Counted from the first letter of the stretch, positions 47,701 through 59,593 are shown. The stretch is DNA of 64,000 nucleotides from Rebecca billardiae RCC1528 (GCA_965240325.2 OZ251242.1:496001-560000); one strand, 5' to 3'. The notes: a model not told the origin generated them from the letters alone. Program-made: numbers and translations.

Positions 47701-49782
47701 GGCGGCCGAGGCGGCGGCAGCCTCGGCGCTTGCGTGCGCCGCCGCCGCCGCCGCCTCCAGCTCGGCGGGCGGCGTGCCGGCCGTCCCGGTGCTCGCGTCG
47801 CGCACGGGCGGCGCGCCGGCCGCCTCCGTGCTCGCGTCGCGCACGGGCGGCGCGCCGGCCGCCTCCGTGCTCGCGTCGCGCACGGCGCTCTGCGGCGGCG
47901 GCGGCGGCGGCGCTGCGGCTGCCGCCGCGGGCGGCGCCGCCGCCGGCCGCGGCGTGTGCGGCGCGGCGGCGGCGTCGCCCGCCTGCGTGCACGCGTCGCG
48001 CGTGGCGCGCTCCGGCGCGGGCGCGGCCGGAGCGCCCGCCACCGCCGCCGCCTGCCCGGCGTCGGGCGCCGCCGGGCCGTGCGCAGCCGCGGCGCTCAAC
48101 GAGCGCAGCGCGCGCGCGCGCACGCCCGCCGCGGCCGAACCGGCGGCGGCGGCGGCGGCGGCGGCCGGGCGCGCGGCCGCTGGCGGCGGCTCGGCCGCCG
48201 GGGCGGCGGGTGGCGCGGGCGGCTGCGCGGCGAGGCGCGCCTCCGCCGTTGCGCGCGCCGCCTCCGCCGCCGCCGCTCTGCGCTGCGCGTCCTCCGCCGC
48301 GTCCTCCGCCGCTGCCGCCCTGCGCCGCGCGGCCGCCGCTTGCGCGCGCGCGGCCGCCGCGCCGGCCGCCGCGTCGGCCGCGCGCGCGTCCGCCGCGGCG
48401 CGCGCCTCGGCCGCCGCGGCCTGCGCGGCCTCGGCCTCCTCCGCGCGGCGCTGCGCGCCCGCCGCCGCCTCCGCCGCGCGCGCCTGCGCGCGCGCCTCCG
48501 CCTCCGCCGCCTCGCGCGCCTCCGCCGCCGCCTCCGCCGCCGCCTCGGCCGCGGCCGCGCGGCTGCGCGCCTCCGCGCACGCGACGCGCGCGCCGGCGAG
48601 CTCGGCGTTCGCCGCGCCGAGCGCCTGCGTGAGCGCGGCGGCGTCGCGCCGCGCGCCGTCGGCGTCGGCGGCGCCGATCGCCGCGCCGCGCCGCGCCGCC
48701 GCCGCGCCGGCCTCCGCGCTCGCCGCGCGCGCCTGCGCCTCGCGCGCCGCGCGGCGCGCCTCGGCCAGCGAGCGCGCCGCCGCCTCCGCCTCGGCGGCGA
48801 GCTCGGCAGCCAGGCTATCGGCGCGCGCGCGCTGCGCGTCGGCCTCGGCCTGGAGCGCGGAGGCGTGCGCGCGCGCGCGCGCGTCGGGCGTGCCGCCGGG
48901 CACCGCCGCGCCGCCGCCCAGCCCGCCGAGCCCCTGCCCCACGCGCGTCAGCTCGCACGCCAGAGACGACGCGACCGCCTCGGCGCGCGCAACCTCGGCA
49001 CTGCCGGCGTCGGTGGCGCCCGCGACGCGCGCCTCGGCGGAGGCGCGCGAGGCCTCGAGGTCGGAGCGGAGGGCGTGCGCGCGCGCGCGCTCCGCCGCCT
49101 TCCCGTCGCGCACCGCCGCGAGCGCCGCGCGCGCCGCCGCCGCGTCCGCGCGCGCGCTGTCGGCCTCAGTCAGCTGCGCGCGCGCGAGCGCGCGCGCCGC
49201 CGCCTCGCCGTCGCGCGCGGCGACGAGCTCGGCGCGCGCGGCGGCGAGCTCGGCGTCGCGCGCGCCGAGCTGGCGCTGCGCCTCGCCCACCCGCGCCGCC
49301 GACGCCTCCTCCGCCGCCTCCGCCGCCTGCCGCGCGCGCGTGAGCTCGGCGCGCACGAACGCGAGCTCGCGCCGCCACGCGTTGGCGCGCGTGCCGTGCT
49401 CGCGCTCGAGGGTGGCCCTGAGCTCGGCGCGCGCGGCGGCGAGCTGCTCGTCGACCTCGGCGCGGGAGATCCACTCGCCGCCCTCGACCGCCCCGGCCGA
49501 CGCCCCGGCCGGCGCCGACTCGTCGCGCGCCGCGCCGCCGCCCGCGTCGGAGAGCGCGCTCGAGAGCGGCTCGTCCGACTCCGCGTCGCCGCCGCCGACC
49601 GCGCGGCCGGGAGGGCCGCCGCCGCCGCCGTGGCGCGCGGTGGCCGCGGAGGAGAGGGGCGAGGAGGCCGACGGCGTGCGCGCCTCGAGGGGCGGCTTGG
49701 GCGCGGCGCCTCCCGCCGAGTCCGCCGCGACGGCGGCCGCCCCGCGAGGAGCGAGCATGCCGCCGCTGCTCCGGCCTTCCAT
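44764..49782 (-). CDS. Kinesin-14 family (coiled-coil stalk, C-terminal motor); introns 46757-46860 and 46216-46420
   Basis: Neck RGNIRVVCRVRP, IFAYGQTGSGKTHT, MLEIYNE, NEHSSRSH, LIDLAGSER, HINKSLSALGDVI, HVPYRNSKLT. The introns restore the frame. Start codon inferred. Confidence 0.92.
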   Translation of the reverse strand: MEGRSSGGMLAPRGAAAVAADSAGGAAPKPPLEARTPSASSPLSSAATARHGGGGGPPGRAVGGGDAESDEPLSSALSDAGGGAARDESAPAGASAGAVEGGEWISRAEVDEQLAAARAELRATLEREHGTRANAWRRELAFVRAELTRARQAAEAAEEASAARVGEAQRQLGARDAELAAARAELVAARDGEAAARALARAQLTEADSARADAAAARAALAAVRDGKAAERARAHALRSDLEASRASAEARVAGATDAGSAEVARAEAVASSLACELTRVGQGLGGLGGGAAVPGGTPDARARAHASALQAEADAQRARADSLAAELAAEAEAAARSLAEARRAAREAQARAASAEAGAAAARRGAAIGAADADGARRDAAALTQALGAANAELAGARVACAEARSRAAAAEAAAEAAAEAREAAEAEARAQARAAEAAAGAQRRAEEAEAAQAAAAEARAAADARAADAAAGAAAARAQAAAARRRAAAAEDAAEDAQRRAAAAEAARATAEARLAAQPPAPPAAPAAEPPPAAARPAAAAAAAAGSAAAGVRARALRSLSAAAAHGPAAPDAGQAAAVAGAPAAPAPERATRDACTQAGDAAAAPHTPRPAAAPPAAAAAAPPPPPPQSAVRDASTEAAGAPPVRDASTEAAGAPPVRDASTGTAGTPPAELEAAAAAAHASAEAAAASAAARHQAESVAARAALAGAEARAAGALREGRAALDAARARSAAELRALCAALSDAESALAAALRDHELLLSAARRSFEARADQLSAERDDARSKVRSLLGRALAHEGVVRGLRDELASARGNIRVVCRVRPILSYEAARGSTGAVTLPPGADGRVIGVCAGGGGGAGGGGGAGGGGGADGGAGGSGGGCGGAEAAGGCAAAALSRAKTRALSASFEFDRVHPPEHSTAALYTADVAGLVRAFVDGHNAAIFAYGQTGSGKTHTMVGGEEGGAEPGINALALRVRAARAVRAPRCARAAPTRVPSTAHARAAPPAPHRTCSRSWRSAPTGTSRASASRCSRSTTRRSSTCSQRRPKRRAAARTAAVARPRVGAAAAAAAAAEFVAAAVPPPPRAARGAGASSCARARGACTRRGWAGTRCAVRRRRFTSWCGAHRARRRRAAARGTARRAARAAASARSQTAARSTARHGARARAPATHALSRPPAHARPDAPGAPPQGVGARNRAVGAHDLNEHSSRSHLVVSLELHATSALAAAGGAAAAQPASGAASPRSGGGGGAGASGAPASAPAPPPPAAARAGLATAAETFCSRLHLIDLAGSERVRKSESTGERLREAQHINKSLSALGDVIAALGGGGGGAAPAGGAGGAAGGGAATGGGGGGSGTSASAHVPYRNSKLTFLLSSCALSAGSKVLMVVTASPAEYNAHETYTALAFAQRCRAVALGPARRTSEALEVARYRREILALHARLREAEAAAGAAEAAAEGEDERGAGGSAKGGSTPRSAPSANNHKPGPARARGATAGTGTTAAAAAARSLGAGGRQHSAGGGYCAHTLASSARASAALSRSRLSTRAAGAASLGSSPVALRRNDSAGAASAGASAAGRSQSELSDTGSGRGARAAPARRCAESLGTTSGSASPRAAANVAPRGALLALSGGSVGGSARSTPPGGSARSTPPVQRPAAAEQRAVARLSARRMSVG

Positions 49783-50257
49783 CGAAATCAAGGGCTGCTG
49801 CTTGCTGCAGTGGGCAGGACGGATGCACAGAATGCAGGCGCAGAAGGCTGACGAACCCCTGCTGCCCTGGCAGTGGAGAGCTCCGCTGTCTTCTTGATCA
49901 GCCGGCGGCCGGCGGCGGATGAGTGATGACGCGGCGAAAGTCACATCACATGCAGAATTCGCGCGGGACTCATGTGAAGAACTGAGTGACTGACGATTCT
50001 TTCGCGATCCGCAGGCCGCAGAGGCAAAGGCTTTCTCATCAGACAGATCAGTGTCTACTACGACTCTCAACTCGGAGTCGACAGAGTCTGATGACAGGCT
50101 GCCAAGCAGGCGAGCTGCCCGAGTAGTCAGCAGGCCGTAATCACCGCCATCGGCCCGTGGCCGCCGTGCCAGGCGTGCATACCCGTTACCCGGCCTTTCG
50201 TAGCGTGCAGCCTATGTTCGTGAGCCATCCGGTCCGTGTAACTCACTGTAAGCGGAC

Positions 50258-50833
50258 TCAGTAATTGCCCACCTCGATCCCGTTCCCGTCGGGGTCGTGG
50301 AAGAAGACCTGCACGATCTTCGTGCCCGGCACGGGCGACGCGTACCTGTGGTAGGGCACGCCGCGCCGCTCGAGGTGCGTGCAAAACTCCTCGGGCGTGC
50401 ATCGCAGGTCGAGCGCGAGGTGGTGCCCGCGCCGGATGCTGACCGGCGCCCGCTCGACCGACACGGGCGACTGCACGAGCTTGCCCGTGCGCGGGTCGCG
50501 CAGCGGGCCCTCGACGAGCACGCCCGAGTCGTCGGGGTGGATGAGATGCAGCGTGAGCTCATGCGCGCCCGGGAAGCGCAGCCACGCGCCCGGGAAGTCG
50601 AAGCGCGGCCGCTTGACCACCTGGAACTCGAGGACGTTCACGTAAAAGTCGATCATCTCGTTCAGCTGGCCCGTCTCGCGCGCGACGTGGTTGAGGACGC
50701 GCAGGCGCGAGAGGCTGGCGGATGACGCCGAGCGCCGCCGCGCGGCGCGACGCGAAGCCCACCGCCATGCTGCGCTCAGCGCGCACGTGGCGATTGACCC
50801 CGCGAGTGCAGCCGCCAGAGTTCGCGCCGCCAT
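50258..50833 (-). CDS. VOC/glyoxalase-family protein with N-terminal hydrophobic segment
   Basis: LNHVARET..FYVNVLEF..RPRFDFPGAWL..GHHLAL..QVFFHDPDGNGIEV. Confidence 0.88.
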   Translation of the reverse strand: MAARTLAAALAGSIATCALSAAWRWASRRAARRRSASSASLSRLRVLNHVARETGQLNEMIDFYVNVLEFQVVKRPRFDFPGAWLRFPGAHELTLHLIHPDDSGVLVEGPLRDPRTGKLVQSPVSVERAPVSIRRGHHLALDLRCTPEEFCTHLERRGVPYHRYASPVPGTKIVQVFFHDPDGNGIEVGNY

Positions 50834-51070
50834 TGTCAGCCTTTCCTTGCCCGGCCGGAATCCGGACGCCGGAGTGGTCAGGACAAGGTCAGGAGCTTTG
50901 AGCCGTTGTCGTCCGAAGGTTCTGATCACCATGCACGACGAGCACTCTTTGTTTTCCTCCCGACCGGCCGCGCCCGCGACGGTGATGAGCGGCCCCTCAC
51001 GTCGCCGCCCGAGTTGCCAACGCCAGCCCGTGCGGCTCGGTGGCGCCTGTGCCCGGCGTCGGCGTGCGTT

Positions 51071-52331
51071 CTACGGCACGCCGCTGAGCTGCTGCGCGCT
51101 CGCGTTCCTGCCGAAATTTCGGCTCGCTTCGAGCACCCGCGGGAGCAGCTGCTCGGGCAGAGGGATGGGCGTGCGCACGCGCATGATGGCAATGCCCATC
51201 ATCCGCTGGTCCGAGAGGCGCGGCTGGTACAAGCACTCGCGCGTCTCGTAGTCGTACACCCCGGGCACGCGGAACGCGCCCGCCTTGATCTCCCCCCAGA
51301 ACCGAGGCACGTTCCTCATCCCCACGCGCTTGTTCACCACTGCACGGTCACACGCGCACGCACGCGCACACACACAGCGCACACACGCGCGCACACACGC
51401 GCGTCAGAGGGAGCGGCGCGTGTGACGCGCCGTGCGGGGCGCTCGGGGCGCGCGCGTCGGCGCGTCGCGCACCGTCGTGGAACATCACGGCCCGACACCG
51501 CGCCAGCAGCGTCACAAAGTCGCGCCTGACCGCGCGGTACGTGTGGTCGCCGTCGATGAAGCACAGGTCGTACACGGGCAGTGCGCCGAGGGCGGGCGCG
51601 CCGTCGGCCGTGGTGGCGCGGAGGTACTCGCCGAGCGAGCAGCCCGTGCGGTTGGGCGTGGCCGGCGTGCACGCGCGGAGCAGCCGCACCGTGCCGTCCT
51701 TCTCCCGCCGCTTGCTCTTCACCTTCTTCGCGCTGTTGATGACGACAGGGTCTCCGAGCAGCACGCGCGTCACGCGCAGCGCGTTCAGCTGCGTGGAGAC
51801 GCACGGCGTGAGGTGGCCCTCGATGTCGAAGGTGACGTGCGTGAAGGCCTCCGGGCTCGGCGCGAAGCGGCGCATGTACGCGTTCGTGAACGCGTCCGTC
51901 CACCCGCTCCACGTGCCCACCGTCAGCCAGTGCTGGATGTGCAGCGTGCGCAAAAACGAGAACGCGCACTCGAGCTGCTGCGGGATCTGCCAGATACCCT
52001 CCGACATGGCGTAGCCGGGGACGGGCAGGCGCCACACGCTCTCCTCGCCATAGATCGAGCCGCGCGTCCCGTTCTCGTCCAGCTTGATCTCCAGGGCCGT
52101 CGGCGTGAGACCGACGCGCCGAACGGCGTCGGCGACGGCGTCGGGCGCCGAGAGCGCGTCGCGCGGCTGCGTGACGAAGAGGCGCAGCTGCTCGGTGAAG
52201 TTGGCGTAGTGCGCGCGGTCGAGCCTCGGGGAGCACCACTTCACGCCGGCGGCGGCCGCCAGCCTCTCCTGCACGAGGGCCCCACCCGACGCGATGAGCG
52301 CGAACGCAAGCGCACGCGCGAGCGCCGCCAT
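51071..52331 (-). CDS. Secreted or type-II class I SAM-dependent methyltransferase-like protein; intron 51340-51472
   Basis: Signal peptide, LTVGTWSGWT, YDLCFIDGDHTYRAVRRDF and VMFHD spliced to VVN..VPRFWGEIK. Confidence 0.75.
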
Positions 52332-52492
52332 CGCGTCGATATCGGAGTGTCATTGTACGACGGTTGGGCTTCGATGGCGGGCGGCCTGGCCGCTGGCGGG
52401 CACTACGACGTCTACTTGTACGAGTACTGGCGCCCGGCCGTCAGCGGCGTTGCAGCACTTACGGGATCATCATGACGAGTAGTAAGACTCTG

Positions 52493-53990
52493 CTACTCAC
52501 ACAGCGACACTGCTGTCAGCGCTCGGGGCCGTCGGCATAGTACCAGGTGCGTGCGACTCCGACGGTCACAAGGCCCGCGCGCGCCACGCCGTCCCGCAAC
52601 GCGCGTGGGCGTGTCCAGCCGCCGGTAGTAGTCATCATCCGAGTCAGAGTGCTCAACATCGGCCGCCGCGCTCACGCCCAAGCCGAGCGCAGCCGACCGC
52701 CCGCCGCACGCGTACACGCTGCCGTCCGCACACACAAACAGCGAGTGGAAGCTGCTAGTGCTCATGGCGCAGCGCACCACGCGCGCATGGGCCAGGGCAG
52801 CCACGCGTGTGGGAGTCTCGGCGGCCCTGGGTCCATGCAGCAGGCCGTGCAAGCTGTGCCCGAGCGTGTGCACGCTGCCGTCCGCGCCCAGCACAGCGCT
52901 GTCACACACGCCAGCGCACGCGCGCACGGCGTGCACCCCCGCGAGCGCCTCGACGCGCCTCGGCATGTGCATCTCGAACAGGCCCGCGTGCCCAAGCTGG
53001 TCACACAGCCCATGCCAGAACGAGTGCACGCCGCCCTCCGCGTCAACCACCAGGCTGCGCGCGTCGCCAGCGCTCACGTGCACGGCACGCACCGCTGCCA
53101 GCGACTCGACGCGCCTCGGCGTGAGCTGCTCCACCTCGTCGTCGCCGGACCGGCCGTAGATGGCATCGCCGCACGCGTGCCCGGCCCCGTCGGTCGAGAG
53201 CAGCAGCGTACGGTCCTCCCCCGCGGCCACGCCGCCCACGCGCACGCCGTCCAGCGCCTCGATGCGCGTCGGCTCCCGCCGGTCGCCGTCGCCGTGGCCG
53301 AGCTGTCCGCTGCCAAGTGCCATTGCCGCCCCAGCTGTACGCACAGCCAGCTGCGGTGAGCGCGAGGCTAAAATAGCTGCCAGCCGAGATGCCCAAGGTG
53401 GGCTCGCCTCGCAATGCGTCGACCAGAACGAACGAACGCCGGTCATCCGTGTCTCCCAGCTCGAGCTGGCCTGAGGTGTTGTCGCCACAGCCGTACACGG
53501 CGCCGGCCTCGCTCAGCGCGAGCAGGTGGTCTCGCCCAGCGGCCACCGCGACCACGCGCACGGCGCTGAGGGAGGCGACGTGCGTTGGCACGCGCGCCTC
53601 CAGGGCGCATGGGTGACCGAGAGGCTCGTGCGCTGGATACTCGCCCGTCTGCCGGTCGCCATCGTCTGCCGGTCGCTCCTCGCCGCACGTGTGCAGCCCG
53701 CCCTCCGCGTCCACAAACGCGCTCACGTCCATCCCGGCCGTCACCGAGGACGAATGCGCGCATGCGAGCTCGAGCACGCGCTCGCGCACGAACAGCTCCT
53801 CCGTCCACGTGCTCACGTCGGAGGGCAGTGACGGCGGCAGAGTGCGGTCATTCCCCCCCCGCGCGCGCGCTCGCGCAGCGCGCGCTCAACCGGCGAGCGC
53901 TCGCCGGGCGGGCGCGGCGTGGAAGATTAGACAGCGCGGTGGCGTTCAGGCTGACTTCAGGCTCGCGAGGTCGCGCGGTGGCAGGATGAG
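52493..53990 (-). pseudogene. RCC1-repeat gene with a frameshift near 53315 and a degenerate 5' region
   Basis: VAAGRDHLLAL..GDNTSGQL and ISAGSYFSLAL..YSWGGNG, then a frame change to SGQLGHG via an extra 7 bp (ACTTGGC on -). Repeats are decayed and there are stops upstream. Confidence 0.65.
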
Positions 53991-54422
53991 TGTAAGAGGG
54001 TGCGCGGTCGAGCACCTCTCGCCGTCGCGGCACGTCGTCGAGCGCAAGGCGACGCGCGTGCGCCTGTGCCGTGCTGGCCGCCACTAGTCCCTCATACCGC
54101 CGGGACACGGTCGTTGGCCGGTCCGGTTGGCGGTCGTTTGGCAGTGCCGTCCGGTGGCATTCTGGCGCCCTGGCGGATGCGAGAGCATCGGCGCGGCACT
54201 CGCGGGCGCCGGGGCCGCCCGGGCCGTCGGGGCCGGAGAGCCGGAGAGGCGGAGACACGATGCCTTCTCCGAAGGGCCGAAGGCGACAGGCCAGTTACTG
54301 TACAGCGCAGTAGTACTCAGTAGATCGACTACTACTAGCTATCTAACTATCGCAGCTACGTGATGCCACGACGTCCGCCACTACCTTGCAGTCGTAGTCC
54401 TTGCGACGACGACGACTCGTCG

Positions 54423-55757
54423 TCACGTGTCGACTCCGCGCGGTGTCTCCCCTTCGCGCGCCCGTGGCCGTGTGCGCTTGCGCCCGCCCCGAATGCCCAT
54501 CACCGTCACAGCGCTTCGACTGGCGGCGCCAGTAGTGGGCGTGCCGCTGCTCTGCGGCGTCGTCGAGACGCCTTGCCGCCCTTGCCGCCCGTCGTCGCCG
54601 CGAGTCTGCCGCCACAGTGACCCACGCGGCCGCGCGCCGCGATCCGACCCCTGCTGCGCCGCGAGCGAGCGCTCGACGCCCTCCGCGATCCGCTCGATCG
54701 CCCGCGCGCTCAGCGCGCCATCGGCCACGAGCGCCGGCAGGCTGAGGAAGCCGTGCACCGCCCCGGGCGCCTGCCAGTGGTCGACCGCGCCCGCGCGGTG
54801 CGACGCGCGCAGCTCTCGCACCAGCGCCTCGTTCGAGTCGCGGAGCGGGTCGAGCGCGGCGGAGATGACGGTGGTCGGCGGGCAGCCGTCGAAGGGCGCC
54901 GCCCGCAGCGGCGAGACGCGCCAGTCGCGCAGCAGCGCCTCGCGACCCTCGCCCGGCGGCGCGGCCGCGAGATACGCATCTCGGAAGAAGCGCCGCAGCG
55001 CGGCCGGCAGCAGGAAGTCCGGCTGGCCCGGACTCTCGCTCGGCCAGCCCGGCTCGATGAGCCACGGGTAGATGAGCGCGAGGTGCGCGACGCGCCGCGC
55101 CAGCGCCTCCGACCCCCGCCGCTCCGCGCGCGCGCCGTCCGGCCGCACGGCGCGCCGCGCCAGCAGCCACAGCACGAGCGCGAGGTTGGCGCCCGCAGAG
55201 TCGCCGCCGAGCACGACGCGGCAGCGCGCGTGCGCGTCGGAGGCGTGGAGCCAGCGGAGCGCGGTGTACGCGTCCTCGAGGCCCATCGGGAACGGCTGCT
55301 CCGGCGCGAGCCGGTAGTCGACGCTGTACGCCTCGCAGCCCAGCCGGCGGACGAGCGCGCCGACGAGGTCGTGCCACGGCCGCGCGCGCCCCGACTCGAT
55401 CGCCATGCCGCCGCCGTGGAAGTAGAGCAGGACGAGCGGCGCGGCGGCGCGGGCGGCGGGCGGCGGTGCCGTCGGCCAGAAGTGGCGCGCCCGCACGCTC
55501 GGCGGCGCCTCGCGCACGCCCGGCTCGGGCGGCGCGCTCACGACGAGGTCGGCCGAGCCGACGCCGCGCTCGTCGGCCGACGGCGGCGCCTGCGGCAGGA
55601 GCGAGCGGATCAGCTCCCAGCGCGCGCGGTTGAAGCGGGCGGGGTCGCCCGCGTACATGCCGCACAGCCACTGCGCATAGCCCGCCCCCGTGTGCAGCGC
55701 GCGCACGAGCAGACCCGGATGGGCGTCGTCGTCACCATCTCTACGCACCGCCGCCAT
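54423..55757 (-). CDS. Alpha/beta hydrolase, hormone-sensitive lipase (GDXG) family
   Basis: YFHGGG, VDYRLAPEQPFP, GDSAGANL, DPLRD, VHGF. Confidence 0.92.
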   Translation of the reverse strand: MAAVRRDGDDDAHPGLLVRALHTGAGYAQWLCGMYAGDPARFNRARWELIRSLLPQAPPSADERGVGSADLVVSAPPEPGVREAPPSVRARHFWPTAPPPAARAAAPLVLLYFHGGGMAIESGRARPWHDLVGALVRRLGCEAYSVDYRLAPEQPFPMGLEDAYTALRWLHASDAHARCRVVLGGDSAGANLALVLWLLARRAVRPDGARAERRGSEALARRVAHLALIYPWLIEPGWPSESPGQPDFLLPAALRRFFRDAYLAAAPPGEGREALLRDWRVSPLRAAPFDGCPPTTVISAALDPLRDSNEALVRELRASHRAGAVDHWQAPGAVHGFLSLPALVADGALSARAIERIAEGVERSLAAQQGSDRGARPRGSLWRQTRGDDGRQGRQGVSTTPQSSGTPTTGAASRSAVTVMGIRGGRKRTRPRAREGETPRGVDT

Positions 55758-55971
55758 CGCTGGGCGGGAAAAACATCAACGACAGAATCCCCACGTCCGG
55801 CGCGGACGTGCGTCCCGGACAGACAGAAAAACTACGTACGCGTGGAGATCAGTGAGATACGCACGCATGGCCGCCGCCGTCCCAGATGGATGACCACAAA
55901 TTATCGTCACTCCGACGACGCTTGCCGACGGCGACGGCGAGCGCGCCCCGGCGCCGCGCCGCCGCGCCCCG

Positions 55972-58540
55972 TCAGTACCGAGGGTCGCCCAGCTCGCCGT
56001 CGGCGACGAGGTCCCACACGCGGATCAGGCCGTCGAGCGCGCCGCCCGCGCTCACGAGCACGCGCCCGTCCGCGCTCGCGCCCACCGACGTGAGCGCCGC
56101 GGCGTGCGCGTCGAGCACGCGCAGCGCGGGCGCGCCGACGGGCTGCGCGAGGTCCCACAGCCGCATCGTCCGGTCCGCCGAGCCGCTGAGCACCAGCCGG
56201 TCGAGCGCGCACAGCGCGACGCAGGTGACGGGCGCGCCATGCCCGAGCAGCTGCCGCTCGCACTTGCCGCTGCCGCACGCCCACACGCGCACCGCGCAGT
56301 CCGCGCCGGCGGAGAGCGCGCGCGCGGCGCTGCCGTCGAGCGCGACGCACAGCACGCGCGCCGTGTGCCCGCGCAGCGTGCGCACCACCTCGCCCGTCGG
56401 CACCGACCACAGCCGCACCGCGTGCTTGTCCGCCGCGCCGCACGCGCCCAGCACGCGCTCGCCGTCCGCCGAGACGCAGCAGCTCTCCGGCTCGGCGGGC
56501 GTGAGGATGCGCCGCGTGGGCTTGGCCGAGGCGGCGTCGAAGACGACGAGCGCGCCCGGCGCGGGCTTCGCCGGCGCGGACGCCGCCCCCGCCCCCGGCC
56601 CCACCGCCACCACCAGCGTCCGGCCGTCGGCGGAGACGTGCACCAGAGGCCGGGTGCCGGGCGGCGCGACGCTTGGCACCGCGTGTTCGCACGCGCCGCT
56701 GCGGCCGTCCCACACGCGGAGCGAGCCGTCGGAGGCGGTGGTGGCGACGCGGCGCATGTCGAAGGAGGCGGCGAGGCAGGTGATCTCCGCGCCGTGCCCG
56801 CGCAGCGCGCGCGTCCGCGCCGGCGGCGGGTCCCCCGCCACCCTCAGCCCCCACAGCAGCGCGTGCTCGCCGTGCGTCGACGCAAACGTCAGGCCGTCGG
56901 CCGAGACGCGCGCGAGGTGGGGCGCGCGCGGCCGCTGCGCCGCGCCGGCGAGGCCGAAGGCGGGGGGCCGCTCGCCGGGCACGATGTCGGCGCGCGCGAC
57001 GCCGCCCGCCTCGGCGCGCGCCGCCGGGCTCCCTTCGAAGCGCACCGCCGCACCGCCCGCGTGCGCGCCGCCCCCCGGCCCCGCGCCGCCGCGCGCGCGC
57101 GCGGCGAGCACGCGGAGGATGCCATCGGCACCTGCGCACAGCAGCCGCCTGCCGTCCGCGGAGAGGGCGAGCGCGCGGATCGCGCCGGCGTGGGCGGCGC
57201 CGCCGCCCACGCCGAGCACGCCCACCGCGTGCGTGCGCTCGCCGCTGCCGCCATCCACCATCGCCACCGCCAGGCCGCCGCCGCCGCCGCCGCCGCCGCC
57301 GTCGGCGCCGCCGGCCGGCGGCGGTTGGGCGGCTTCGGCCGGCGGCGGCGGCGTCGCGGCGCTCGGCGTGTCGGCGGCGGCGGCGGCGTGCTGCTGGTTG
57401 CTCGGCCGGAGTGGGGTCACGCCGCCGCCGCCGCGCGGCTGCGCCTCCGCCGCGCCGAGCGCGCCCTCGGCTTCGGCCGCGAGCAGCACCGCCACGACCG
57501 AGCCGTCACCGTTCGCGCCCACGAGCGTGGGCGGCGCGGGCGCGCACCGCACGCGCGCGCGGCTGAGGAGCTTGGCGGCGGCGACGGGCGGCGCGGCTGC
57601 GGCGGCGGCGGCGGTGGCGGCGGCTCCGCGCGGGAGCCACGAGGCGCTGTGCGCGCGGCGCATCAGCTTGATGCCGCGCGGCCGCCCGCCGCCGCCGCCG
57701 CCGCCGCCGCCGGGCGCGTCGGCGTCGGCGGCGCGCACAGCGTTCCGACGCCGCGCGTCTCGCGCGCTCAGGCCGCGTGCCGGCGGCGGCGCGGCCGGCA
57801 CCGCCCACGCGCACAGCTGCCACTCGGCGGCGGGCGCCGTGCGGCCGCCGGGCGCGCCGAGCGTGCTCACCCTCGACAGGTCGTCGCTCGCCCACGCCAC
57901 CACCTCCGCGCGCGCCCCCGCCGCGCCCAGCTCGGCGAGCAGCAGTCCTGTGCGCGCATCCCACACGCGCGCCACGCCGTCCGCGCCCGCCGTGAGCGCA
58001 CGCCCGCCGTCCGCGGCGAGGCGCACGCTGGTGACGGGCGCGGCGTGGGCGGCGAGCTCGGCGGCGCAGGCGCGCTCGTTCACGACCCACACGCGCGCGC
58101 ACTTGTCCGCGCCGCCGCTCAGCAGCACCTCGGGCGCCGCGCCCCCGAACGCCAGCGCGAGCACGGGCGCGCGGTGTCCCTCCAGCACAGCGGCGCACAC
58201 GCCCGCGGTGCCGTCTGCGAGCAGCCACACGCGCACGACGCAGTCGTGGCCGCCGCTGGCGGCGCGGCGGCCGCCGTGGCTGAGCGCGACCGCGCTGACC
58301 GGCGCGGTGTGCCCCACCAGCGTGCGCTCGCACGCGCCGTCCGAGAGCCGCCAGCAGCGCACAGTCCGGTCGGCGCCGCCGCTGAGCGCGCGCGCCCCGC
58401 TTGCGGCAACGCACACGCACAGCACCGCGCCCGCGTGCCCGGCGAGGACGAGCTCGAGCGCGCCGGGCTCCTCGCGCGGCGGCAGCGTGCGCGCGCGCAC
58501 GCGCCCGGCGCGCCACGCCGGCACGACCCACGCCGCGCGC

Positions 58541-58575
<35 letters not shown>

Positions 58576-59593
58576 GGGCGAGCGCGCGAGCCCGCCGCGC
58601 GCGCCGCCGTCCGCGCCGCCGTCCGCCGCGCGCTTGGACGAGCCGGCCGCCGAGCGCGCGCGCGCGAGCTTGCCGCCCGCGCCGAGCTCGGCGCGCGAGG
58701 GCGTGTGGATCGCGGCGAGGCCGTCGCGCGCGCCGCTCCCCGGCCCGCCGCCTTCGCCTCCGCCTCCGCCTCCGCCGCCGCCGGCCGCGGCGGTCCGCTG
58801 CCGCCTCGCGAGCAGCACGGGCGGTGAGTAAAGTTTCGTCAGCTGCTCCGGCTCGGGCGCGGGGATGAGCGGCGGCAGCGTGACGGCGTCCTGGTACGGC
58901 GCGGAGGCCTCGGGCTGCGCCAGCGCCACCTGCAGCACCCGCCCCGGGTGGTGCGCCAGGTACCCCGCGGCCTCCACCATCATCCGCCAGTACTCATAGC
59001 TCGCGTCTCGAAGCAGTCTGAGCGCTCGCACCGCGCGCTCGGGCGCCTGCGCGGCCGCGGCCGCGGCGGCGATGGCGACGGCGTCGGCGCCCTTGGTGCG
59101 CGGGTTGGCCTTGCGCGCGGGCAGCGGCAGCGGCGGCGCGGCCGCGCCCCCGCCGCCGAGCCCCGCCCAGCCCAGCACGCCGCCGCGCGCGCCCGCCCGC
59201 GCCTCTGCCGCGCGCGCCAGCTGGTCCAGAGTCGCGTCGAGGGCGGCGGTGGCGGCGTGCAGCTCGCGGACGTACGCGCGGCCCTGGCCCGCGCGCCAGC
59301 GCGCCTCGGCGTAGTCGAGCGAGAGCGTGAGCTCCGCCGCCGCGCCCAGCGCGTCGCCCAGCCGCAGCCGCAGCCGCGCGCCCTCCTCCAGCCGCCGAGT
59401 GTTGAGCCGAAGCGGCCTCGCCGCCGCGCTGCCGGCGAGCGCCGCCGGCCACGGGCCGCTGCCGCCGTCGTCGGCGAAGTCGGGCGGGGCGCCGCCGCCG
59501 GGCAGGCTGCCGATGCTCCCGTCCGAGCTGCCGCCGCCGCCGTCGCTGCCGCCCACCGCGGGCGCCGCCTTGGGCGGCGGCGCGCCCCAGCGC

